Origin: an uncultured Iamiaceae bacterium
Lineage (GTDB): Bacteria; Actinomycetota; Acidimicrobiia; Acidimicrobiales; DATDAH01
Assembly (NCBI GenBank): GCA_964438115.1
Contig: CAYTJS010000002.1
Coordinates: 1 to 34,967 of the forward strand
Length of the DNA stretch: 34,967 nt
Direction of reading: 5' to 3'
A model generated the notes under the pieces. The model saw only the letters and a program-made list of their open reading frames with translations, had not been told where the DNA came from and searched no databases. Of this stretch, positions 8,135 through 16,562 are shown in pieces (the stretch's first letter is position 1; every line of letters starts with the position of its first letter). Made by a program: the position numbers and the translations under genes.

Positions 8135-9310
8135 GTGACCAGCCAGCTCCGTGGTGCAGCGGCGATCGTCGGCGCGGTGGACGCCGTCTCACCCACCGGT
8201 CAGCTCGACCGCACCGACGCCCAGCTCGAGGTCGAGATGGTCCGGGACGCCCTGGATGACGCCGGGTTGTGCATCGATGACGTCGACTGCGTGATGTCGA
8301 CCAGCGGGATGATGGCGTCGCTGGACCTCGGCGAACGCCTCGGCGTGCGGGGACGGTTCACCGATTCGACCATGACCGGCGGCTCGAGCTTCGAGGTGCA
8401 CGTGGAGCACGCGGCCGCAGCCATCGCCGCGGGTCTGTGCGAGGTGGCGGTCATCGTGTACGCGGCGACGCCGAGAAGCGGCAAGAACCCCTTCGCCGGA
8501 GGCGGTCCCGGCATGGGTGCGATGGACTCGGCACTCTTCCAGTGGGACCTGCCCTACGGGTTGGGCCTTCCGGCGGCGAGCTACAGCCTCGCGGCCCGAC
8601 GCCACATGCACGACTACGGCACGACGAGCGAGCACCTGGCGCAGATCGCGGTGTCGTTCCGGCAGTGGGCGGCGAAGAACGCGAACGCGTACCACCAGGA
8701 GCCGATCACCGTCGAGGATGTCCTCGCGTCGCCGATGGTGGCTGAGCCGCTCCACAAGCTCGACTGCTGCCTCGTCACCGACGGGGCGGGGGCGCTGGTC
8801 GTCACCTCGGCGCAGCGAGCCGCCGACCTGGCCCGACCACCCGTGTACGTGCTCGGCGCCGGCACCGCCCACACCCATGGGATGTCGATCTCCCAGATGG
8901 GTGACCTCACCACGACTGGTGCCGCGGTGTCGGGCCCCCGAGCCATGGCCATGGCGGGCATCACGCCCGCCGACGTCGACGTGGTCGAGTTGTACGACAG
9001 CTTCACGATCACCGCCCTCATGACCCTCGAGGACCTCGGCTTCTGCCAGAAGGGCGAGGGAGGCGAGTTCGTCGCCGACGGTCGGCTCGGGCCGGGTGGC
9101 GCGCTGCCCACGAACACCAACGGCGGCGGGCTGGCATACACCCATCCCGGCATGTACGGGATGTTCATCCTCGTGGAGGCGGTTCGCCAGCTCCGAGGCG
9201 ACGGTGGGGACCGGCAGGTCCCGGGAGCCGAGATCGCCCTCGCCAACGGCTGCGGGGGCGTGCTCTCCTGCACCTCCACCATCGTCCTCGGCACCGAGGC
9301 AACCCGTTAG
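8135..9310 (+). CDS. Thiolase-superfamily lipid-transfer-protein (Ltp/SCP2-thiolase-like) protein, DUF35 partner
   Basis: Lies within ORF 8021..9310. The GTG at 8135 is ~10 nt after GAGAGGA. Thiolase-fold N and C halves are present (AAIVGAVD..., ELYDSF, NTNGGGLAYTHPG). 391 aa. A DUF35 gene follows directly. Confidence 0.82.
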   Translation: MTSQLRGAAAIVGAVDAVSPTGQLDRTDAQLEVEMVRDALDDAGLCIDDVDCVMSTSGMMASLDLGERLGVRGRFTDSTMTGGSSFEVHVEHAAAAIAAGLCEVAVIVYAATPRSGKNPFAGGGPGMGAMDSALFQWDLPYGLGLPAASYSLAARRHMHDYGTTSEHLAQIAVSFRQWAAKNANAYHQEPITVEDVLASPMVAEPLHKLDCCLVTDGAGALVVTSAQRAADLARPPVYVLGAGTAHTHGMSISQMGDLTTTGAAVSGPRAMAMAGITPADVDVVELYDSFTITALMTLEDLGFCQKGEGGEFVADGRLGPGGALPTNTNGGGLAYTHPGMYGMFILVEAVRQLRGDGGDRQVPGAEIALANGCGGVLSCTSTIVLGTEATR

Positions 9311-9318
9311 GAGCGAGC

Positions 9319-9723
9319 ATGCCGCGCATCGATCCGCCAGTGACCCCCCTGGCCGAGCCGTTCTGGGAGGCCACACGACGCAAGGAGCTCGTCGCGCAGC
9401 GGTGCGACACCTGCGACCGCTTCGTGTGGTACCCGCGCGAGGCGTGTCCGGGTTGCCTCTCGGGTCAGCTCCGGTGGGCGCCGCTCTCCGGAGCGGGGAC
9501 GATCTACACGTTCAACGTGATGCACAAGCCGGGCAACCCCATGATGGCCGACGAGGTGCCCTACGCCATTGCGCTGATCGATCTCGACGAGGGCCTGCGG
9601 ATGACCAGCAACGTCGTCGGCGCCGAGCTCGAGACGCTGCGCTGCGGCCAGCGGGTGACCGTCGACTGGTCGGTGCCGATCGCCGACGGTCGGAACCTGC
9701 CGGTGTTCCGCCTCACCGACTGA
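9319..9723 (+). CDS. DUF35 OB-fold/Zn-ribbon protein (thiolase-associated)
   Basis: ORF 9319..9723. AGGAG lies 5 nt upstream. It has a CxxC...CxxC ribbon (CDTCDRFVWYPREACPGC) followed by an OB-like C-terminus. 134 aa. Confidence 0.85.
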   Translation: MPRIDPPVTPLAEPFWEATRRKELVAQRCDTCDRFVWYPREACPGCLSGQLRWAPLSGAGTIYTFNVMHKPGNPMMADEVPYAIALIDLDEGLRMTSNVVGAELETLRCGQRVTVDWSVPIADGRNLPVFRLTD

Positions 9724-9750
9724 TCGCAACGACGAAACGGGGGAATCGAG

Positions 9751-11295
9751 ATGTACCCAGGCCTTCATGCCACCACCACGCCGGACAAGGCTGCCATCAT
9801 CATGGGCGAGAGCGGGGAGGTGGTCACCTACCGCCAGCTCGACGAGCGATCGAACCAGCTCGCTCGCCTGTGGCGAGACCATGGCCTTCAGCCGGGTGAT
9901 CACGTCGCCCTCTTCAGCGAGAACCAGTCCCGCTACCTCGAGGTCATGTGGGCGGCGCTCCGGTCCGGGCTCTACATCACGACCGTCAACAGCTACCTGT
10001 CCGCTGAGGAGGTCTCGTACATCCTCGAAGACTCCGGCAGCCGGTCGCTGGTCACGACCACGGCCAAGGCCGATGTCGCCGCCGACGCGCTGCGAGACGT
10101 CACGTCGGTCACCCTGCCGCTGCTCATCGGCGACGAGGACGACCGTTTCGAGTCCTACCTCGACGCCGTCGCGACCATGCCCTCGGACCGACTGGACGAG
10201 GAGCCGGCTGGCGAGATGATGCTGTACTCGTCGGGCACGACCGGGCGACCCAAGGGCATCAAGCGCGAGCTGTCGGGTCAGCCGATCGACGGGGGCATGA
10301 TGATCGGGGCGCTGTTGGGCGGCGTCTTCGGCATGGACGCCGAGTCGGTGTACCTCTCGCCGGCACCCCTCTACCACTCGGCGCCGATCGGCTTCAACCT
10401 CGGGGTGCAGGCGCTCGGCGGCACCACGGTCGTGATGGAGAGGTTCGACCCCGTCGAGGCGCTCCGTCTCATCGAGGAGCACCGAGCCACCCACTCCCAA
10501 TGGGTGCCGACCATGTTCGTCCGGATGCTCAAGCTCCCCGAGGACGCCCGTGCCGCCTCCGACGTCTCCTCGATGCAGGTCGCCGTCCATGCTGCCGCGC
10601 CTTGCCCCGTCGAGGTCAAGCGGCAGATGATGGACTGGTGGGGTCCCGTACTGTGGGAGTACTACGCCGGCACCGAGTTGAACGGCTTCTGCCTGGTGAA
10701 GCCCGACGAGTGGCTCCAACGCCCGGGCACCGTCGGCAAGCCACTCATCGGTGAGATCCACATCCTCGACGCGGCGGGCGATGAGGTCCCTGCCGGCGAG
10801 GCCGGCACCGTGTACTTCGGTGGCGGTCCCGCCTACGAGTACCACAATGCTCCGGAGAAGACGGCGGCGTCGAAGGACCCGAATGGCCATGGCTGGACGA
10901 CCCTGGGCGACGTCGGGTACCTGGACGACGACGGATGGCTGTTCCTGACGGACCGGAAGGCCTTCATGATCATCTCGGGCGGGGTGAACATCTACCCCCA
11001 GGAGGTCGAGGACTGCCTCGTCATGCACCCCAAGGTGGCCGATGTGGCGGTCTTCGGGATCCCCGACGACGAGATGGGTGAGCAGGTCATGGCGGTGGTG
11101 CAGCCGGCCCCGGGCGTCGAAGCCGGCAGGGAGCTGGAGGGCGAGCTGCTGTCCTTCACCCGGGAGCACATCGCGCACTACAAGTGCCCCAAGAAGGTCG
11201 AGTTCCTCGACGAGCTGCCCCGGTTGCCCACCGGCAAGCTGTACAAGCGCAAGCTGCGCGACGAGTACTGGCAGGGCCACGGCACCCGCATCTGA
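9751..11295 (+). CDS. Acyl-CoA synthetase (AMP-forming, FadD-like) 1
   Basis: ORF 9751..11295, 514 aa. Motifs: AMP-binding YSSGTTGRPKG, YYAGTE, GDVGYLDDDGWLFLTDRK, C-terminal PTGKLYKR. Confidence 0.9.
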   Translation: MYPGLHATTTPDKAAIIMGESGEVVTYRQLDERSNQLARLWRDHGLQPGDHVALFSENQSRYLEVMWAALRSGLYITTVNSYLSAEEVSYILEDSGSRSLVTTTAKADVAADALRDVTSVTLPLLIGDEDDRFESYLDAVATMPSDRLDEEPAGEMMLYSSGTTGRPKGIKRELSGQPIDGGMMIGALLGGVFGMDAESVYLSPAPLYHSAPIGFNLGVQALGGTTVVMERFDPVEALRLIEEHRATHSQWVPTMFVRMLKLPEDARAASDVSSMQVAVHAAAPCPVEVKRQMMDWWGPVLWEYYAGTELNGFCLVKPDEWLQRPGTVGKPLIGEIHILDAAGDEVPAGEAGTVYFGGGPAYEYHNAPEKTAASKDPNGHGWTTLGDVGYLDDDGWLFLTDRKAFMIISGGVNIYPQEVEDCLVMHPKVADVAVFGIPDDEMGEQVMAVVQPAPGVEAGRELEGELLSFTREHIAHYKCPKKVEFLDELPRLPTGKLYKRKLRDEYWQGHGTRI

Positions 11296-11317
11296 CCCGC
11301 CGTGGCGTCAGGGAACC

Positions 11318-11923
11318 TCAGGCGGGCTCGTTGACCGCCCCACCGTCGGCTCTCTCGGGAACGGCGCCGTCCGGTGGCCACGGCTCGACGCCGTCTTCGA
11401 GGGGGACCTCGAGGGACCGGAGCAGCTGCGCGAACATCGACCAGTTGCCGATGGCGATGACCACCTCGACGCGGGCCCGCTCGTCGGGCACGCACACCTC
11501 CAGCTCGGCCCACGTCTCGGCACTGATCGCTCCCTCGCCGAGGGTCTCGTCGGTGGCGGCGAGCACGGCACGATCGGCCCGGTCGAGGCGATCGCTGCCC
11601 TGCCAGTCTCGAACGGCGAGGAGGTCGTCGGCCGGGATCTCCAGCAACCGCGCCACCCGCCAGTGCTGGGTCCACTCGTACACCGAGCCCTGACGCCAGC
11701 CGATGCGCATGATGATGAGCTCCCGCAGGCGGGTGTCGAGGGCGCCCTCCCACAACAGCTGGTGCAGGAGGCCGTTGACGCGAGCCGCCAGGTCCTCATG
11801 GCGGAGGAGCACCCTGAACACCGAGAGGTCGGCCATGCCCTTCGACACGCCGACCCGCTCCGCCGCGGCTCGGGCGACATCGCTGGCGAGCATCGGGATC
11901 CGGGCATCGGGCGGCGAGGTCAT
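11318..11923 (-). CDS. Carboxymuconolactone decarboxylase (AhpD-like) family protein
   Basis: Lies within ORF 11318..12055. The ATG at 11923 is preceded by GGGAGGG. The RELIIMRIGWRQGSVYEWTQHWRVA pattern is typical of the CMD family. 201 aa. Confidence 0.7.
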   Translation of the reverse strand: MTSPPDARIPMLASDVARAAAERVGVSKGMADLSVFRVLLRHEDLAARVNGLLHQLLWEGALDTRLRELIIMRIGWRQGSVYEWTQHWRVARLLEIPADDLLAVRDWQGSDRLDRADRAVLAATDETLGEGAISAETWAELEVCVPDERARVEVVIAIGNWSMFAQLLRSLEVPLEDGVEPWPPDGAVPERADGGAVNEPA

Positions 11924-12026
11924 CGGCGCCTGCCCTCCCGCACGTCGGAGCGAGGATCGGTGGCGGTCATGTTCCTCCACGGTGGCTGGGGTGTCGAGCG
12001 GCGATCGGTGACACAGTACCGCCAGG

Positions 12027-12055
12027 TTGTCTTGCCGGGGAACACATGACAGCAT
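12027..12055 (+). promoter_or_regulatory. Putative promoter: TTGTCT (-35) N14 TGA CAGCAT (extended -10)
   Basis: Read directly. The spacer is 17 nt and TGn precedes an ANNNT-type hexamer. The same bipartite TTGTCT-N14-TGACAG architecture recurs at 18962-18990. It lies ~95 nt upstream of the NMO-family gene. Confidence 0.35.
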
Positions 12056-12149
12056 TCGTCTCGTCTACCGGCCGGGAGGTGCACCGCACCATGATCCGGC
12101 CCTCACGTCCACAGATCGAGGAGACCGGCGCCCCGGCGCCGAATCACGG

Positions 12150-13133
12150 ATGATCCAGACCAGGCTGACCGACCTGCTCGAGTGCGAGCACCCGGTGATG
12201 CTCGCCGGGATGGGCGGCGTGTCCTATGCCGAGCTCGTGGCGGCGGTCAGCGACGCCGGCGGCTTCGGCACGTTGGGTGCAGCTCCGATGGGCCTCGACC
12301 GCATGAAGGCCGAGATGGCGGAGGTGCGGGAACGGACCGACCGACCCTTCGGCGTCGACCTGCTCACCGCGCTGCCCGGGGGCATGGAGGAACAGGTGGC
12401 CGCCATCATCGCCGGCGGCGCCTCTGTCTTCGTCGCCGGCCTGGGCGTCCCCCGGGACGTGGTCGAGCAGTGCCACCGGTCCGGCGTGCTGGTGGTGAAC
12501 ATGTGCGGCAAGGTCCGCCACGCGGTGGCGGCCGTGGAGGCAGGCTGCGACATCGTCGTCGCGCAGGGCACCGAAGCGGGTGGCCACACCGGCACCGTGG
12601 CCACCCTGCCCCTCGTCCCCCAGATCGTCGACGCCATCGGCGACCGCGTTCCCGTCGTCGCCGCCGGCGGCATCGTCGACGGCCGCGGGCTGGCTGCCGC
12701 CTTGGCCCTCGGCGCCGACGGGATCTGGGTGGGCACGCGCTTCATCGCCACACCCGAAGCTCACGTCGTAGCCGGGTACCGCGAGGCGGTGATCGCGGGA
12801 CGCGACGAGGACACGGTGATCACGCGGGCCTACACGGGCAAGACCTTGCGCGCCGTTCGCAACACCTACACCCGGCACTTCGAGGACCACCCAGAGGAGC
12901 TGCAGCGGTTCCCCGACCAGATCGGTCGGTCCCTGGCCGACGGCGCCATGCACCTCGGCGCGGCGCCCGACACCGACGGCATCGATCCCGACCGGGAGTG
13001 CTACGCGGCCGGCCAGGGCATCGGCGGAATCGACGACGTGGTGCCCGCCGGCGAGGTCGTTCGTCAGATCATGGAAGAGGCCGAGCGCGAGCTCAACCGC
13101 CTTGGCGCCCTGCCATCGGTGGCTGAGTCATGA
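12150..13133 (+). CDS. Nitronate monooxygenase (2-nitropropane dioxygenase) family FMN oxidoreductase, possibly an enoyl-(CoA) reductase
   Basis: Lies within ORF 12027..13133, ATG at 12150. Motifs: EHPVMLAGMGGVS, VVAQGTEAGGHTG, VVAAGGIVDGRG. 327 aa. Confidence 0.85.
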   Translation: MIQTRLTDLLECEHPVMLAGMGGVSYAELVAAVSDAGGFGTLGAAPMGLDRMKAEMAEVRERTDRPFGVDLLTALPGGMEEQVAAIIAGGASVFVAGLGVPRDVVEQCHRSGVLVVNMCGKVRHAVAAVEAGCDIVVAQGTEAGGHTGTVATLPLVPQIVDAIGDRVPVVAAGGIVDGRGLAAALALGADGIWVGTRFIATPEAHVVAGYREAVIAGRDEDTVITRAYTGKTLRAVRNTYTRHFEDHPEELQRFPDQIGRSLADGAMHLGAAPDTDGIDPDRECYAAGQGIGGIDDVVPAGEVVRQIMEEAERELNRLGALPSVAES

Positions 13134-13205
13134 CGGACACCTCCCGATCCCCCGTCGCCGGGGCAACCCGTCTACGCCTGCCCGCCGGCTGAGAGCGATC
13201 CAACC

Positions 13206-14459
13206 ATGACCAGCGCCGACGAGGCCGAGTTCGACGTCGAGGAGTGGCTCGACGAGTCGTGGGATCCGGAGCTCACCGTCGCGGCGTGGTGGCGGCGCCT
13301 CGCCGATGCCCGTCTCGCGCACCCCATGCTGCCCAGCCCGTGGGGTAGGGACTGGTCCCGGTCCGAAGCTGCCGACCTGGCCCGTGCGATGGTGAAGCGG
13401 AACGCGCTCGGTCCGCCCTCGGGCCTGGGCATGATGCTGGCGGCGCCGACCATCATCGCCCATGCCGACGCGGACCTCCAGCGCAGGCTGGTACCCCGAA
13501 TCCTCGACGGTCAGCATGGGTGGTGCCAGCTGTTCTCCGAGCCGGGCGCCGGCTCCGATCTGGCCGGGCTCCAGACGCGAGCAGAGCGCGACGGGGACGA
13601 GTGGGTGGTCACGGGCCAGAAGGTCTGGACCTCGCTCGGGCAGTGGGCCGACTACGGCATCCTGATCGCGCGCACCGACCCCGATGCCCCGAAGCACCGA
13701 GGCATCACCTACTTCGCGTTCCCGATGCTCCAGGACGGCGTCGAGGTCCGACCACTCCGGGAGATGACCGGGCGGGCGCTGTTCAACGAGGTCTTCATCG
13801 ACGAGGCTCGCGTCCCTCACGCCAACGTGATCGGTGAGGTCGGTGACGGGTGGCGGGTGGCGAACACCACGCTGATGGTCGAGCGCAGCGGCATCGGCGG
13901 CAACAACGTGGTCGCACCGAGTGCCGCCCTGCCCGGAACGGTGGCGCGCCATCTCGATCGACCAGCTGGCTCCTTCGAGGACGACGAACCGTCTCTCGGA
14001 GAAGGCGGGGTGGGTCCGGGCCGGGTGTCCTCGTTCATCTCGCTGGCCGAGCAGCAGGGCAGGCTCCGCGACGCCTCCATACGCCAGGACCTGATGCGCC
14101 TGCACACGATGGTCGAGATCACGGGCTGGCACCTCGGCCGCATGAAGAGCGGCGATGCGTCCACCGGCGGCGAAGGCAACCTGGCCAAGCTGCGCAACAG
14201 CGACACGATCCGGCTGGCACGCGACCTGGGCTGTCGGATCCTCGGGGCCGCGGCGACGGTCGTGGGCGACGACGCACCCTCAGGAGGTGCCGTCCAAGCA
14301 CTGACGGCGTTCTCGCCGGCGCCCTCGATCTACGGAGGCAGCGACCAGGTCCAGCGCAACATCATCGGCGAACGAGTGCTCGGCCTGCCGAAGGAACCTG
14401 GTCCCGCGAAGGAGACGCCGTTCCGGGACCTTCCCAAGAACACCTCACCGTCCGGCTGA
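13206..14459 (+). CDS. Acyl-CoA dehydrogenase (ACAD paralog 2)
   Basis: ORF 13206..14459, 417 aa. Motifs: CQLFSEPGAGSDLAGLQTRAERDGDEWVVTGQKVWTS, C-terminal IYGGSDQVQRNIIGERVLGLP. Confidence 0.9.
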   Translation: MTSADEAEFDVEEWLDESWDPELTVAAWWRRLADARLAHPMLPSPWGRDWSRSEAADLARAMVKRNALGPPSGLGMMLAAPTIIAHADADLQRRLVPRILDGQHGWCQLFSEPGAGSDLAGLQTRAERDGDEWVVTGQKVWTSLGQWADYGILIARTDPDAPKHRGITYFAFPMLQDGVEVRPLREMTGRALFNEVFIDEARVPHANVIGEVGDGWRVANTTLMVERSGIGGNNVVAPSAALPGTVARHLDRPAGSFEDDEPSLGEGGVGPGRVSSFISLAEQQGRLRDASIRQDLMRLHTMVEITGWHLGRMKSGDASTGGEGNLAKLRNSDTIRLARDLGCRILGAAATVVGDDAPSGGAVQALTAFSPAPSIYGGSDQVQRNIIGERVLGLPKEPGPAKETPFRDLPKNTSPSG

Positions 14460-14597
14460 GGTCCGAGCGAGAGGCGAGTGGGCACGAGCCCTGCGGGTGG
14501 CGGCGCCCGGCACCGCCAGGGAGACGCGGGCGGCAACCGCTTCTCCGAAGGCGGGACTCCGAGCAGGCTGCCTTCGAGACCCGCTCGACGCCCCGAG

Positions 14598-15267
14598 TCA
14601 GGTCCCCGCCCCGACCACGGCGCCGCTCACCCGGTACTGGCTGAGATCGACGGCCGCCATGACCTGACGGAAGTGGTCGATGCTCCATGGCCACGCGGCC
14701 GGGATGCCCCGGTCATCGAGGTACCAGCTCCGGCAACCGGTGACCCAGACGGTCTTCTTGGTCGCCTCGACCCGGACCTGCTCGAAGGCCCGGGCTGCCT
14801 CCACGGTCGGCTCGACGGCCTCGGCCCCGGCTCGGAGGAGCGCCAGGAGCTCGATCGTGTAGTCCGGGCGCTGGGACGCTGCGCCCAGACGTCGTCCAGA
14901 CGAAGACCATCCCTCCCCCGCACCTCGGCCTGCCGCAGGAACCGATCAGCTCGGAAGCCGGTGGCCAGCACGAGCACGTCCACGTCGTGAAGTTCGCCGT
15001 CGGCCGTACGGACCCCTGATGGCTCGATGCCCGTGATCGCCTCGGTGACGAGTGAGGCGTTGGGGCGCTCGATGGCGTCGTAGAAGTCGTCGGAGGCGAT
15101 CGGGCGCTTGCATGCTGCCCGGTAGTCGGGTCGAAGCTTCACATGCCTCCGACGTCGTCGGCCTTCTCGAAGACGACGACATCCTCGATGCCGGCGTCAC
15201 GCAGCTTGATGACGCTGGCGATGCCGGCCATCCCGGCACCGATGACGGCGACATGCAGGTCTCGCAC
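14598..15267 (-). pseudogene. Relic of a flavin-containing/Baeyer-Villiger-type monooxygenase (two internal deletions plus frame changes)
   Basis: Reading the minus strand gives three fragments in different frames. (1) From the GTG at 15267, with AAGGA upstream: VRDLHVAVIGAGMAGIASVIKLRDAGIEDVVVFEKADDVGGM, then a stop. (2) ORF 14627..15142: KLRPDYRAACKRP...DVLVLATGFRADRF...WAQRPSA. (3) ORF 14598..14804: ...KKTVWVTGCRSWYLDDRGIPAAWPW. Confidence 0.7.
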
Positions 15268-15297
15268 TCTGATTCCTTCGGTGAGGGGCCCGGGCTG

Positions 15298-16562
15298 TCA
15301 GGCGGGAGCCGGTTGCGGACCGCGCACCAAGCGTCCGGGCAGAGCGCCCGTCGGCTCACCGTCGCGGTAGGTCTCGGCGCCGGCCACCACGGTGTGGAGG
15401 TAGCCCTCGGCCCGCTGGACGAGCCGCCGGCCGCGGGGAGATCACCGCGCACCTCCGGCCGTCGGACGCGGAGATCGTCGAAGTCGACGACGTTGAGGTC
15501 TGCCCGGTACCCCGGGGCGAGCACACCCCGGTCCTCGATGCCGACGGCGCGGGCCGTGTCCCGGCACTGCTGCCGAACCAGGTACGGGAGCTCGAAGCGG
15601 CCGTGGTCCCGGTCACGGCCCCAGAGCGTCAACAGCGTGGTCGGGAAGCTGCCGTCGCAGATCGTGTCGACGTGGGCACCGCCGTCCCCCAGGCCGGGCA
15701 AGGTGTGGGGGTGGGCGAGCATCTCGCCGACCGCGTCGAGCGTCCTGCCGGCGAAGTTCAGCGCCGGCAGGTACAAGAGGGTTCGTCCCTCGTCGGCGAT
15801 GAGCAGGTCGTACACGAAGTCCTCGACCGCCCGTCCCTCCCGGGTCGCCCGCGCCGAGATGGTCTGCGAGCCGTCAGGCTCGTAGTCCGGTGGGTCCTCC
15901 AACTCGTACATCGCCTCGAAGTGGCTGATGAGGCCGCCGCCGAGCTTGCGGACCTTGTCGCCGGCCGCCGCCTCCAGCACACGGGCCTTGAAGCCCTCGT
16001 CGGCCATGATCCTCGCGTGCTCGTGCACGGGCCGGCCGGCGATCTGCGTGAAGACGGGGTTGTTGAGAAACGGGTGCAGCGTGCACTGCAGTCCGAAGAG
16101 CAGCCCGACAGCTCGGGTACCCACCTGCGCGGTGATGGGCAGGCCGTCGGCCCGAGCGGCGTCGATCCGCTCCAGCACCTGCCGGTGGCTGTCGGGGTCG
16201 AACGGGTTCTGCACGAGCGAGAACGAAAGTGGACGACCAGACTCCGCGACCATTCGACGGAAGATGGCGAACTCCTCGTCGGAGGTCACGTGGTCCGAGA
16301 CGACCTGCAGCACGCCGCGCCCGAGACCCCCCAGGGCCCGGGCGATGCCGACCAACTCGTCGGCCGACGCCGTGAGCGTCGGGGTGGGCTCGCCGCGGCT
16401 GGTGCGATGGTTCATGGTGCGCGAGGTGCTGAAACCGAGCGCGCCGGCCGCGACGCCCTCGGCGGCGAGGACCGCCATCCGGTCGATCTCGTCGGTCCCC
16501 GCTGGCTCACGCCGTGCACCGCGCTCGCCCATGACGTGCAAGCGCACGGCGCCATGTGGCAC
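15298..16562 (-). pseudogene. N-acyl-D-amino-acid deacylase/D-aminoacylase-family amidohydrolase, 5'-truncated and frameshifted
   Basis: Part of ORF 14946..16562. The product starts mid-family (VRLHVMGERG...GALGFSTS...), so the N-terminal metal-binding part is absent. Near 15424-15436 the family-typical C-terminus (GGRRLVQRAEGYLHTVVAGAETYRDGEPTGALPGRLVRG, stop at 15298) continues in another frame. Confidence 0.65.

Noticed and set aside
14498-14518. Hairpin TGGCGG-N9-CCGCCA downstream of ACAD-2 as a possible terminator.
   Set aside because: It has only a 6-bp stem and no U-tract, and it lies in GC-rich DNA where such stems are frequent.
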